From NCBI GenBank assembly GCA_002429485.1, contig DIZX01000002.1, forward strand, positions 3,082 to 67,081: a stretch of DNA of 64,000 nt. The letters are read 5' to 3'. The notes beneath the pieces are model-generated. The model was not told the DNA's origin, did not search any database, and worked only from the letters and a program-made list of their open reading frames with translations. Below are positions 34,765-45,167 of this stretch, piece after piece. The position numbers were made by a program, and so were the translations under genes. Origin of the DNA: Patescibacteria group bacterium UBA6017 (GTDB lineage: Bacteria > Patescibacteriota > Saccharimonadia > UBA4664). Every line of letters starts with the position of its first letter. The stretch's first letter is position 1.

Positions 34765-37242
34765 TTACTCGTCACTGCCTCGGCGTTGGAGCATTATTAT
34801 GGCGACGGCCAGCAAGGCTAGGCCCAGTCCGGCCGAAATCAGGTACTTTGGCAAGGCATAGAAGAAATCCCGGAGTTGATACAACACCTCGAGCACGAGC
34901 GTGACCACGCCCCACATCGTGACGAGCCGGAAGGACAGGCCCATGCCAATAAAAACCAAGGCGAGGGCTTCGAAGATGAGCAGTAAGCCGTAGCCTTGGC
35001 CGTTTTCGCCCAAAGCCTGAGCGGCCAGCGGAATGGTCAGTATGGCGAGGGCAACAACGACGAAACCATCATAGATTTCATGCCCAAGGTCGCGACGGCG
35101 GTAGCCGAGATAAGCGGTATATGCTGCCCAAGGCACGGTGTATAGCTGGGTCTGGGTGACGTCAAGAACGTTTAGCAGCCAATTGAACGACAGTACCAGG
35201 ACTCCACCGGCGACCTCTTGGAGTAGCGGTTGGGCTTGACGCTTGGCCTCGGCGAACAGCAGGCCGCCGCCCACCGCCAAGGCCAGAACGGGCTCAAGGT
35301 GATGAGACTCCTGGCCGATCCCGACGAAGGCCCCGATGAACGGGCCAAACAGCCCCGAGTAGCGTAGCGGCAATGCTCGTTCGGGATTTTCCTCAACAGC
35401 ACCGAGAGAATATATTGCCCCGCCGCTCAATAGCAGAATGAGGGAAACGCTGGCAAAGTTCCAATTATTAATGCCAGCCAGTTGGCCTAGGGCCAGGTAT
35501 AGGCTGGCGGCGGCACCATAGACGTATTCGTTGCGGTGCTCGGTTAGGCTCAAGGCGTACAATGCGCCGGCGACACCGAGACCAACGACAAGGAGGGCAG
35601 TTTGAGAAGAAATGGCGGCGGCACAGACGGCCAAAATCAGGGCCAGCAAATAACCGGCCACGCCAACGGCTTCACCGGAATCTGGCCAGCCACGCAGTCG
35701 CCGGGCCCACCAGACGAGGAGCGGTACCTCCACCATCAGCGCGCCGGCGACGGCGCTCCAGGGCGAAGCCGGGTCGAGGTAGAGGCGAAAGAAGACGAAT
35801 GGCAGGGCGAGCAAGCTGAGGACTGCCAGCATAGCCAGTCCGGATTGACGTTGCCGCAACGCTAATTCGCCGTTGATGAGCGCGGCGGCCGCGAGAATGG
35901 CAGCGATGGCACCAGGACGGTCGTAAAGGACAATGATACCGGCCAGAGGCAAGAGGCCCGTGATGATGGCCAATAATTGACGCCAGCGCTGACTGAGGCG
36001 CTTGGTCAACAGGTGCTCACCCACGAAATAGACCGCACAAACCCCCAGCATCATGGCAGCAATCCCGGTGCGCGACATACTGTCCCACAGCCCCACACTC
36101 AGCGCAGCCGGAAGACTGATCAGGGCAAGAGCCCAATAGGTTTCACCATCGGGTTTGGAGGAGAAACGGTCGGCCATGGCCGCGTAGAATACCCCGGCTA
36201 GGCCAATGGTGACGCCAACCTGAGACAAACCGTTGTCACCCACGGCAAAAAATGACAGGAGCAGCGAAATCGGCACAAAAATGTTGGCGCTCAACATAAT
36301 CGCATCGGCGGTATCTTCCCACAGCAACTTGGTGCGCCCGAGGACCAACAGGAGAATCGAGACGATAGCCATGCCCCAGCCAAACCAATACACGGGGAGA
36401 TTGAACAGCGATATGCTCGACTCGAATGTCGATAGAGCGGTGAACGCCATGAGGTAGGCGATGTAAGTTTGGCGCGTAATAGCCAGCGTCACGATGTAGG
36501 CAGCGAGGGTGATGGCTGAAGTAGCGAACCAGGTGGCCGATCCGAAGTCATGCAATGAAGTGAAGTTGTAGGCGGCGAGACCGATCAAAGGGAGCATCAC
36601 GAGGCCAATGCCGGTGAAAGTGACCCCGGCAGGCCGAAGCTTAGTCGTGCGCAAGAATAGCATCAGGCCGACAAAGTAGAAGACTGCAGCAAACAGACCC
36701 AAGAAGAGCGTCTTGAAGACGCCCGAGAGGGTTTCGAAGTTGTAGCCGACAAAAATGCCAGCCGAGACCACGATCAGGAAGGCCCCAAGATACAAAATTA
36801 CATTAATGTTGTCGAGGCTATGCACGACGTCGCTGACGTCAATCGAGCTCCAGGCGGAGGTGGAGGTGGAGATGGAGGTGGAGGCATCGGCCGGAGCCAT
36901 CCCTTGCCAGTCGCTGGCGACGCTGGAGCTGGATGCGAGCGCGGCATCACTCGACTTATCGCGAGAGTGGCCGGGTTCAAAGCGGGCCACGGGAATACCG
37001 CCCTCCAGCCTGCCGATAATTTGGTTGAGCTCGAGGGACAATTCGGGCGATTGCTTGTCGGCAAGTAGGCGTAACTCGGCAATTGCGGCGTGATCGGTTG
37101 GAGCCGCAGTGACGGCTGGGTTAGCCAGAGTTACCGTGGAAACCTTACCATGGCGCGATACCCACCGAATAAAAGCTACTAGCCCAACTACGTAGAATAC
37201 CGGTACGCTCAGAGCAAGTAGAATATAGGTTAAGATGTCCAT
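34765..37242 (-). CDS. Hypothetical large polytopic membrane protein (825 aa, >15 TM)
   Basis: Hydrophobicity only; no recognisable catalytic motif. Confidence 0.5.
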   Translation of the reverse strand: MDILTYILLALSVPVFYVVGLVAFIRWVSRHGKVSTVTLANPAVTAAPTDHAAIAELRLLADKQSPELSLELNQIIGRLEGGIPVARFEPGHSRDKSSDAALASSSSVASDWQGMAPADASTSISTSTSAWSSIDVSDVVHSLDNINVILYLGAFLIVVSAGIFVGYNFETLSGVFKTLFLGLFAAVFYFVGLMLFLRTTKLRPAGVTFTGIGLVMLPLIGLAAYNFTSLHDFGSATWFATSAITLAAYIVTLAITRQTYIAYLMAFTALSTFESSISLFNLPVYWFGWGMAIVSILLLVLGRTKLLWEDTADAIMLSANIFVPISLLLSFFAVGDNGLSQVGVTIGLAGVFYAAMADRFSSKPDGETYWALALISLPAALSVGLWDSMSRTGIAAMMLGVCAVYFVGEHLLTKRLSQRWRQLLAIITGLLPLAGIIVLYDRPGAIAAILAAAALINGELALRQRQSGLAMLAVLSLLALPFVFFRLYLDPASPWSAVAGALMVEVPLLVWWARRLRGWPDSGEAVGVAGYLLALILAVCAAAISSQTALLVVGLGVAGALYALSLTEHRNEYVYGAAASLYLALGQLAGINNWNFASVSLILLLSGGAIYSLGAVEENPERALPLRYSGLFGPFIGAFVGIGQESHHLEPVLALAVGGGLLFAEAKRQAQPLLQEVAGGVLVLSFNWLLNVLDVTQTQLYTVPWAAYTAYLGYRRRDLGHEIYDGFVVVALAILTIPLAAQALGENGQGYGLLLIFEALALVFIGMGLSFRLVTMWGVVTLVLEVLYQLRDFFYALPKYLISAGLGLALLAVAIIMLQRRGSDE

Positions 37243-37304
37243 GAAAGTTCCGCTTATGCTACAACCATAAGCGCGTAGATCGGCTTGTGCAAGGTAACCT
37301 ACGC

Positions 37305-39668
37305 CTACTGGACTTTTTCGATGGGAGCAAAGCTAAGGGATAACCGCTTGGGGCCGAGGCCCTCAAAGGTAGCCGTGACTTCGTCGCCGGACACCACGGC
37401 CACGATGCCCTCGCCAAACTTGGCGTGCCGAATGCGGTCGCCAGGAGCCAGGTCGAGGCCGAGCATGGCTTCGCGGTGAGCGGCGGCGGTCGCCTCGCTG
37501 GTAGGCAGCGCTTCGGCGGCGTACATCGGCTGGGCGCTCCAGCTGCCGGCACCGGCGCCATGTCCGGCGGAGGCGGTGAGGCCAGCGGATTGATTCGACC
37601 ACTCGCTGCCGCCGGCTTGGAGCTCGGCGGGAATCTCGAGCAAGAAGCGCGAGGGCGGATTGTGGTTGGTGGCCCCGTAGAGCAGGCGGGAGTTGGCGTA
37701 GATCAAGAATAATTGCTCGCGGGCGCGGGTCATACCAACGTAGCAGAGGCGGCGTTCTTCCTCCATTTGCTCGGCGTCAAATAGGGACCGGGAATGCGGG
37801 AATATCCCCTCTTCGGCGCCGGGGATGAACACCACTGGGAATTCGAGGCCCTTGGCGGCGTGAAGGGTCATTAATGTGACCGCATTGGATTCTTGGGAAT
37901 AATTGTCGATATCGGCAATGAGGGCAATTTCCTCGAGAAAACCTTCGAGACTGAGCTCATTATAGGTTTCGGCCACGCTGAGTAGCTCTTTGACATTTTC
38001 GATACGATCGGCGGACTGAATAGATCCGTCATCAAGATGCGCGAGGTAGCCCGAGCGTTTAATTGCTAGGTCGAGCAATGGGCCGACGGGGAGCTTGGGC
38101 ATTTCGGCGCGCAGGCCGTCGATGAGTAGCGCAAACGATTGGAGTGCGCTGACGGCGCGCGTTTGGAGGCCGGGGACACGGTCGGCTTGGCGGCAGGCTT
38201 CGAGGAGGGACATAGGGCGACCGTGTGGCGCCTGAGACGCAACGGACGAGAATGTCTCATCGCCTGCCAATGTAGGTTCTGATACCGCATCCACAGAAGA
38301 GACGGATGGCGTTCGCTGGCCAGATGAGACGTTATCGGAAGATGTGAAACTCATAGGCTGCAATCTCCTCCAGGATTCGAGCCTTTGCAGGCTGACGTCA
38401 CCCAGGCCCCGCGGCGGCAAGTTGATAATGCGGCCAAATCCGACCATGTCGTCCGGCTGATAAATGAAGCGCAGATACGCCAAAGCATCTTTAATCTCTT
38501 TGCGCTCGTAAAACCGAGTACCCCCGACGATTTTGTACGGCAGACCCGCGCGCAAAAAACCCTCTTCGAGGGAGCGCGATTGGGCGTTGGTGCGATATAA
38601 CACAGCGAAGTCCTGCAGCTCGCGCTTGTCCTCAATACGTAGCTGACGAATGCGCGCCACAATGGTCTCGGCCTCTTGAACTTCATTGTAGACGTTGATA
38701 ATCCCGATACCCGCACCGTCGCCACGGTCAGTCCAGAGTTTTTTATCGCTACGGACGCGGTTTTTGGCGATTACGGCGTGGGCGGCATCAAGAATATTTT
38801 TGGTCGAGCGATAGTTTTGCTCGAGTTTGATGATAGTGGCGGTCGGATAATCTTTCTCAAAATCGAGAATATTCTGGAAGTTGGCTCCCCGCCAGGAGTA
38901 GATACTCTGCCAGTCATCCCCTACTACACAGATATTTTTGTGGGCTGAGGCCAGCATTTTGGTGATCTGATACTGAGCGTGGTTGGTGTCCTGGTACTCG
39001 TCGACCATGATGTGACTAAATTGCCGCTGATATTTTATGAGTATTTCCGGGTAGGTTTTAAACATTTCTACCGTGCGAAAAATCAGGTCATCAAAATCGA
39101 GAGCGCCGGCCTCCTGCAGCAGAGACTGATAGACGGCATAGACCTTGGCAGCCGCGGTTTGAGCCTTGCCGTTGGCAAGTTTGGTGTAGGCCTCGGGTCC
39201 GATGAGTTCGTTTTTGGCACTCGAAATGAGGTTGTGGATTAAATTTGGCGTGAGTTGCTTGTCGTCGATCCCGAGCGTGCGCATAGCCCGCTTGATAGCG
39301 CTCTGGGAATCGCCGGTATCAAAGATGAGGAAGTTTGAGGCCAGGCCGATTTCGGTGCTTTCGCGGCGCAACAAACGCAGGCACACCGAGTGAAAGGTGC
39401 CGATATACGGCAGGTAGCCGCGGTTGTGCGGGTTTTGGCCGAGCAGTCCGAGCACGCGACCGCGCATTTCACCAGCCGCTTTGTTGGTGAAAGTCACCGC
39501 CAAGATGCTGGAAGGGTCGATATGCTTTTCGGCCACCAGGTAGGCAACACGGTGCGTGAGCGCTTTGGTTTTGCCGGAGCCGGCACCAGCCAGGATTAAG
39601 ACCGGGCCATCGGTGGTAGCGGCCGCGACACGCTGTTGGTCATTGAGTTCAGATAGAAGTGGATGCAC
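37305..39668 (-). CDS. uvrD: ATP-dependent DNA helicase UvrD/PcrA family
   Basis: 'AGAGSGKT' is Walker A; 'VDEYQDTN', 'VGDDWQSIY' and 'LHAAKGLEFPVVF' are UvrD helicase motifs. Confidence 0.85.
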   Translation of the reverse strand: MHPLLSELNDQQRVAAATTDGPVLILAGAGSGKTKALTHRVAYLVAEKHIDPSSILAVTFTNKAAGEMRGRVLGLLGQNPHNRGYLPYIGTFHSVCLRLLRRESTEIGLASNFLIFDTGDSQSAIKRAMRTLGIDDKQLTPNLIHNLISSAKNELIGPEAYTKLANGKAQTAAAKVYAVYQSLLQEAGALDFDDLIFRTVEMFKTYPEILIKYQRQFSHIMVDEYQDTNHAQYQITKMLASAHKNICVVGDDWQSIYSWRGANFQNILDFEKDYPTATIIKLEQNYRSTKNILDAAHAVIAKNRVRSDKKLWTDRGDGAGIGIINVYNEVQEAETIVARIRQLRIEDKRELQDFAVLYRTNAQSRSLEEGFLRAGLPYKIVGGTRFYERKEIKDALAYLRFIYQPDDMVGFGRIINLPPRGLGDVSLQRLESWRRLQPMSFTSSDNVSSGQRTPSVSSVDAVSEPTLAGDETFSSVASQAPHGRPMSLLEACRQADRVPGLQTRAVSALQSFALLIDGLRAEMPKLPVGPLLDLAIKRSGYLAHLDDGSIQSADRIENVKELLSVAETYNELSLEGFLEEIALIADIDNYSQESNAVTLMTLHAAKGLEFPVVFIPGAEEGIFPHSRSLFDAEQMEEERRLCYVGMTRAREQLFLIYANSRLLYGATNHNPPSRFLLEIPAELQAGGSEWSNQSAGLTASAGHGAGAGSWSAQPMYAAEALPTSEATAAAHREAMLGLDLAPGDRIRHAKFGEGIVAVVSGDEVTATFEGLGPKRLSLSFAPIEKVQ

Positions 39669-39701
39669 ATTACCGATGATAGCTCAGTTGGGCGCGTCGA
39701 G

Positions 39702-41384
39702 CTATTTAACTTCGACGCAGTAGGGGGTGGTGCTGCCCTCGAGCAGAATTTGGAGAGCTAGATATTTGGTGCCGGTGGTGCCAGGGGTTTTGGCGGGGCC
39801 GGAACAAACGCCGCCGGGCCAGTAACGAATTTGCCCTATCGCGGTGGGGACGATTTTCGAGACAACGTAGGCTTTGCCGGTGGAAGGCTCAACGGCGCTG
39901 ACTGCCACGGCCGGAGGTACGGTATCGAAGAAACCGTTGACCGCAGTTGCCAGATAGGCGGCTTTGTAGGCTGCGACGGCTTCGATGCGCTGAGCATTTT
40001 GATTGACGGGGACAGCCGGAGCGGGGGTTGGGGTGACTTCGGCACCTAGGACGGGCGCAGGAGTGGGGGTTGGGCTAGGCGACGGCGCAGGGGTGGCCTT
40101 GAGACCGGTAAGCCAAGACATTGCAGCCGGCTTAGCAACCGAAGCGTAAGCTACGGCGCCGCCAAGAACTAACAATACGACGCTCGCTGCGGCTATTTTG
40201 GCTATGGTGCCTGAACTCAAGGGACGAGGATGGGTAGTTGGCTGGAGGGGCGGTTTAGCGGAGTCGGCTATTGGAGCAGCGTTTTGCGCATCTGCCACCG
40301 AAGCAGTTGCGGTTTGGGGTTCTAGGGTCGGGGTAACCTCGGAAGTCTCGGGTGCGGGGGTAGCTTCAGGTGTAGGTTCGGGCGTCGAAGCCGGCTCGGG
40401 TACCAGGGCTGGCTCTGTGTCGGGTGTGGTCTCGGGGCCGGGCGTGGTCTCCGGGGCAGTTGGTGCGGAAGCCGGAACTTCGGGCGGGGATACGTCGATG
40501 ACGAGCGCCGGAGTGGGGCCTTCCGTCACCTCAGGAATAGTTAGAGTACTCTCCTCGGATGGTACTTCAACTGCCGTCTCGGGTGACGAGGTTTCATCAG
40601 CGGTTGGCGTCGATTCGGTTGGCGGCACAATCGGACTCTCGTCGGCAGGGGCTGCCTCAGGTACTGGCTCTGTGTCTGCCGGAGCGATCTTTTCAATTTC
40701 TGCAATCGACTCTTCGAGGACTTTCTCGGGTGAAGCAGCCGGGGCAATTTCGATTATTGCTGGCTCCGGCTCTTTGACATCACCAACAACGCTGGCGACA
40801 TCGATCACTGGTACAGGCACGGAGGTTTCTTCTTTCGGCTCATCTTTTTTGGAAGCTTCTTTGGACTCTTTGTCGTGGACTTTGTGATGAGAGCGCAGGC
40901 GCTTATGAACGGTATGGGCTTCAATCCTTGGCTTCGGGGTCGGCTCCACAACGGGTTCGGGGTCGGGCTCAGTGCTCAATTCTGGGGTAGATTCAGGCTC
41001 GGATGGCTTCTCTGTCTCGGAAGCCTGCTCTGGGCCGGCTGTAGGCTGATCGGCAAGTGTATCGACGACCACCTCTGGAGTTACTTCCGCTGTAGGCGTC
41101 TCCGCAGGAACATCGACGGGCTGCGAAGGGACAGATTCAGGTGTGGTTTCGGGCTCTGATTCTGACTCAGGCTGGGGTTCAGCTTCGGGTTGCGGCGCGG
41201 AATCAACAGCTGGAGTGGGGGCAGGATCACCTAGGACCTCAGGAGGAGCCGGTATTGCAGCTGCTACTTTATTCTTGTCGTCGTCGGTCAGCATTTCGAT
41301 GTGACCACATTCGACGCACAGCCAGCCCGCTTTGGACTGGATCATATCGTTACTACAGTTTGAGCATTTCATGATATTAAGCAT
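39702..41384 (-). CDS. Hypothetical protein: N-terminal zinc ribbon, long Pro/Glu/Thr-rich low-complexity linker, TM, conserved C-terminal domain
   Basis: 'CSNCSN...CVECGH'; ~350 aa of PE/PT repeats; TM 'AAASVVLLVLGGAVAYASV'. AAGAGG lies 6 nt before the start. Confidence 0.45.
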   Translation of the reverse strand: MLNIMKCSNCSNDMIQSKAGWLCVECGHIEMLTDDDKNKVAAAIPAPPEVLGDPAPTPAVDSAPQPEAEPQPESESEPETTPESVPSQPVDVPAETPTAEVTPEVVVDTLADQPTAGPEQASETEKPSEPESTPELSTEPDPEPVVEPTPKPRIEAHTVHKRLRSHHKVHDKESKEASKKDEPKEETSVPVPVIDVASVVGDVKEPEPAIIEIAPAASPEKVLEESIAEIEKIAPADTEPVPEAAPADESPIVPPTESTPTADETSSPETAVEVPSEESTLTIPEVTEGPTPALVIDVSPPEVPASAPTAPETTPGPETTPDTEPALVPEPASTPEPTPEATPAPETSEVTPTLEPQTATASVADAQNAAPIADSAKPPLQPTTHPRPLSSGTIAKIAAASVVLLVLGGAVAYASVAKPAAMSWLTGLKATPAPSPSPTPTPAPVLGAEVTPTPAPAVPVNQNAQRIEAVAAYKAAYLATAVNGFFDTVPPAVAVSAVEPSTGKAYVVSKIVPTAIGQIRYWPGGVCSGPAKTPGTTGTKYLALQILLEGSTTPYCVEVK

Positions 41385-41423
41385 ACCATACCTCTTATGG
41401 TAGGTACGAATATGCTGACATTA

Positions 41424-41858
41424 TTAGAAGCCGGAGTTGATCTCCAAATGGTCTAGGCCATGCTCTTCGAGCTCGGCACGGTAGCGATCTTCGATGGGGC
41501 GCAGTTGCAGGAGATCATCGTCGCGATTCACTTGATCCGACTCAACTCCACGCTTGCGGGCTAGGTCCCGCAGGGCCAGGCGTTCGGTAAGCTCATCCCA
41601 AAAGGTGTGGTCGTCGTAGTCCAAGATATATTCGTCGTAGAGGCGCTCAGTCCACTCGGACTTCATAAAATACTCACCTGTTTCAGCGTCGAGATCTATG
41701 TAAGGCAACTTATGGGCTGCGAGGAGCTTCTGAACAATGGCGCCGGCCGGCTCGTCCTGGAATTCGGGATCATGCTGGGCATTGATCATCCACTCACCCA
41801 AGTAGGCAAGCTCGATCAGTTTTCGGAATTCTTCGGTTGTAAATTCAGGGTTTATCAC
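41424..41858 (-). CDS. Hypothetical acidic cytoplasmic protein (144 aa)
   Basis: ORF only. Confidence 0.4.
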   Translation of the reverse strand: MINPEFTTEEFRKLIELAYLGEWMINAQHDPEFQDEPAGAIVQKLLAAHKLPYIDLDAETGEYFMKSEWTERLYDEYILDYDDHTFWDELTERLALRDLARKRGVESDQVNRDDDLLQLRPIEDRYRAELEEHGLDHLEINSGF

Positions 41859-41896
41859 TGGGCTATTTTAGCCGAAGTTGAGGGATATGGCGAACA

Positions 41897-43045
41897 CTAG
41901 AGTGCCGAGAGGCCGATCGGAGCTCCTGTTCCGGTAGGACCATCATACCCCCGAAGTGCCTGGCAAAGGTAATTAGAGCAGCCACCATTCGCCCCGGATG
42001 TTATATCAAATATACTGGCAGTACCAAGAGAACCGTACAATTTACTCATAAGTTCTGCTTGCGAACTACCCCCGGATAGCCCGATCAGACCGGCAATTAT
42101 AGGTGCGGCCAAACTGGTGCCGCCAACACTAAACCAGCCCGAACCACCACTAGAGAGGCTTGAGTACACCGCGGCACCGGTGGCCGGATCTGCAACGGCG
42201 GAAATGTCGGCAACCGTACGGTGGGAGCAGGCCGGGTCGTGCTGCCAAGCGGGCTTGGCCTCAAACTTGCTACAGCCACTCCCCGACCCCGACCACGCGG
42301 TCTCGCTAAGGCGAGCGCCAGCCGAGTTAAGGTTTAGTCGAGTTCCGCCGACCGCCACTACCCGAGGCGAAACAGCCGGCCACGAAGTACCGTAGCCTGA
42401 GTCGCCGGAAGAAGCGACAAAATCTACATTAGTCGATGCAAAGTGACTATCGGCGGAGATTTCAGAGGGAGTTTCACTTCCGCCCCAGGACATCGAGACT
42501 ATCTGAGCACCCGATTGGACGGCCCGATCAACCGCCGCAATAAGATTTACCATGGAAGCACTTTTTGCCTGAACTAGCTGGATCCTACATCCAGGACACA
42601 TCCCGTGCACGGTTTCGACATCGAGCGCAGTCTCCAAGGCCCAGCCTTGGTTTGCTCGCGGCAAATTCTGACCGCCGGATTGGTCGGTGACCTCAAAACA
42701 ACCGGCTTGCGCTGCCCGGATACAAGTCGGGAGTATAGGTAAGCCGAAGTTTCGACTATATGTATCAAGATCGGCCTTGATGCCAGGGTCACCGTAGGCA
42801 TCCACTACAGCAATGTGTGCGTTTCCGATTCCAGATGCGCGATAAGCTGACCGGAGTTGACTGGGGCTATACCCCACGGGCGATATTGCCGGACGCGCCG
42901 ACAATACCTTTGCATAACATGTGGCTCGAATAGAGCTCGGGCTACCGCACTGGGCTATCCCGCTAGCCGCGCTAGTGGCTTCGGCCAGGTTGTTTGGAAT
43001 AAGACTCAGGAGGACACTGAGGGCCAGAAATAGTCGAACAATCAT
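41897..43045 (-). CDS. Secreted sedolisin-like (S53) serine peptidase
   Basis: Signal peptide; 'GGTSLAAP' is the S53 Ser motif; 'SGDSGYGTS'. Confidence 0.6.
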   Translation of the reverse strand: MIVRLFLALSVLLSLIPNNLAEATSAASGIAQCGSPSSIRATCYAKVLSARPAISPVGYSPSQLRSAYRASGIGNAHIAVVDAYGDPGIKADLDTYSRNFGLPILPTCIRAAQAGCFEVTDQSGGQNLPRANQGWALETALDVETVHGMCPGCRIQLVQAKSASMVNLIAAVDRAVQSGAQIVSMSWGGSETPSEISADSHFASTNVDFVASSGDSGYGTSWPAVSPRVVAVGGTRLNLNSAGARLSETAWSGSGSGCSKFEAKPAWQHDPACSHRTVADISAVADPATGAAVYSSLSSGGSGWFSVGGTSLAAPIIAGLIGLSGGSSQAELMSKLYGSLGTASIFDITSGANGGCSNYLCQALRGYDGPTGTGAPIGLSAL

Positions 43046-43138
43046 TGGAAATCTCCGTTAGACTTCTGATGTTCGATCTTTGTTCGGTAAAAGTCAACTA
43101 TGTTGAGTAAATGAGCCCAATGAGCAACGGCTGATAGT

Positions 43139-43909
43139 CTACTTCTCGAGCCTCTGAGCCGTGAGGACGATCTTGGAAAATGACTCGTAGTTGAGGCTGG
43201 CATTGCCCACCAGCAAGCCGTCAACGTACTCAGTTTCAAGATAGGCCTGGCAGTGATCGGGGTCGGTACTGCCACCGTAGAGAAGTCGGACGTTGGCGAT
43301 ACCGCCCTCGCCATAAAGTTCCTCCAAGGTAGAACGGATGGCGCGATAGGCGAAGCGGATGTTTTCGGGGGTGGCATGGACGACATGGCCGTCGCCGTGG
43401 TTTATCGACCAAACGGGCTCGTAGGCGATCACAATTCCCCCAACTTCTTCGGCAGTGAGGTTCGCGAGGGCGGCAGTGAGTTGGTCGACAACAACCTTGG
43501 AGGCCAAGTTGTGCTCGTGATCGTGAAGGGATTCGCCGATACAAAGAATGGGGATGAGGCCGTTACGGACTACCGCAGCGAGTTTTTTGGCTACCTGCGC
43601 GTCAGTTTCGCCCATGGCGCGGCGTTCCGAATGGCCAACAATGACATAATCGGCCAAGCCGCGCAGCATCTGGGGGCTGGTTTCACCAGTATAAGGACCT
43701 TCGTCGAGGTAATGGACGTTTTGCGCACCGAGCTTGAATTTTTTACGATCGATCTCTCTTGCTAAGGGGTACAGATCAAGCGTAGGCGGGCAGATCACTA
43801 CCTCGACGCCGGCGTCAGGTTTGATCTTTTCGTCGAGGCGCTTCACTAGCAAGCTAGCGGCTCCCGGGGCGAGGTTCATTTTCCAGTTAGCTACGATAAG
43901 TTTGTTCAT
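43139..43909 (-). CDS. tpiA: Triosephosphate isomerase
   Basis: 'VANWKMN', 'GHSERR', 'AYEPVWSIN', 'LLYGGS'. Confidence 0.9.
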   Translation of the reverse strand: MNKLIVANWKMNLAPGAASLLVKRLDEKIKPDAGVEVVICPPTLDLYPLAREIDRKKFKLGAQNVHYLDEGPYTGETSPQMLRGLADYVIVGHSERRAMGETDAQVAKKLAAVVRNGLIPILCIGESLHDHEHNLASKVVVDQLTAALANLTAEEVGGIVIAYEPVWSINHGDGHVVHATPENIRFAYRAIRSTLEELYGEGGIANVRLLYGGSTDPDHCQAYLETEYVDGLLVGNASLNYESFSKIVLTAQRLEK

Positions 43910-43970
43910 AAGTATGAGTTAATGATAACGCTTACGTCTATGACTGTCACGGCTACGTTTATGAGAGTAA

Positions 43971-45167
43971 TTATTTGTCGAGCAGGGCGTCGACGCACTC
44001 GAGGCCTTTACCGCTCATGAGCTCGAGGCTGGCACCGCCGCCAGTAGATACCCAGGTGAATTTGTCATGGAGATGCTCTTCGTCGATGAAACCGGCGGTG
44101 TCTCCCCCGCCGATAATCGAGATAGCCTTTGATTCGATGATGGCATCGGCCATGGCACGGGAACCGGCCCGAAATTCGGGCACTTCGGTGATGCCGAGTG
44201 GGCCATTCCAGATGACGGTCGATTCACCGTCAATGTCGAGAAAATCGTAGATTTCGGATTTGAGCTGCCCGCCGTAGCTTGGGGCGGCGTCCACGATATA
44301 GTCGTCCGCGCCCACAGCAGAGAGTTTTACGGTGCGCAAATTCTCGGGCTCTTCAAGACTCGCGGATACTACGACTTCATCGGGTAGTAACAGATGAGTA
44401 TTGGCATCGGCCGCGATTTTGATGAGTTTCTTCACCTCATCCGCCATCTCATGCTCGGCTACGCTCTTGCCGATTGAGGTGCCCTGAACGAACGCGAAGG
44501 TGTTGGCGATAGGTCCGGTGAGCAACATGGCATCGACTTTGGGGATGAGGTTGGCAAGGATTTCAAGCTTGGTTGATACCTTGGCGCCGCCAATAATCGC
44601 CAGGAGCGGTCGGCTGGGATGCTCAATCGAGCCGGTGATGTGGTCGATTTCCTTTTCGACCAGGAAGCCGGCCACCGCAGGCAAGAAGTTAGAAATGCCG
44701 GCAGTGGAGGCATGCGCGCGGTAGGAGGCGAAAGCATCGTAGACGAAAATTTCGGCGAGGTCAGCCAGCTGCTTGGCAAATTTGGGGTCATTGGCCTCTT
44801 CCTCGGCATGAAAGCGAACATTTTCGAGCAGGATCATCTCGCCAGGAGCAAGCGCCTTCACGGCCGCCTCAACTTCCGGACCGATACAATCGTGCACGAA
44901 CTTAACCTCGCGACCGAAAATCTCGCTGGCCTTAATGGCAGCAGGCTCGAGCGAAAAGGCAGGATCAACCTTGCCATCGGGACGGCCGAGATGGCTCGCG
45001 ATAACTATTTTGCAGTCGCGTGACCATAAGTATTCGAGGGATTCGCGGGTGGCTTCAATGCGGAAGGCATCGGTGACCCGACCATCCTCTACAGGGACAT
45101 TCCAGTCGAGACGAGCAAAAATGGTTTTACCCTGGACGTCGATGTCGCGGATGGTTTTCTTAGTCAC
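43971..45167 (-). CDS. pgk: Phosphoglycerate kinase
   Basis: 'FARLDWNVP', 'ILLENVRFH', 'GGGDT' region. Confidence 0.9.
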   Translation of the reverse strand: MTKKTIRDIDVQGKTIFARLDWNVPVEDGRVTDAFRIEATRESLEYLWSRDCKIVIASHLGRPDGKVDPAFSLEPAAIKASEIFGREVKFVHDCIGPEVEAAVKALAPGEMILLENVRFHAEEEANDPKFAKQLADLAEIFVYDAFASYRAHASTAGISNFLPAVAGFLVEKEIDHITGSIEHPSRPLLAIIGGAKVSTKLEILANLIPKVDAMLLTGPIANTFAFVQGTSIGKSVAEHEMADEVKKLIKIAADANTHLLLPDEVVVSASLEEPENLRTVKLSAVGADDYIVDAAPSYGGQLKSEIYDFLDIDGESTVIWNGPLGITEVPEFRAGSRAMADAIIESKAISIIGGGDTAGFIDEEHLHDKFTWVSTGGGASLELMSGKGLECVDALLDK

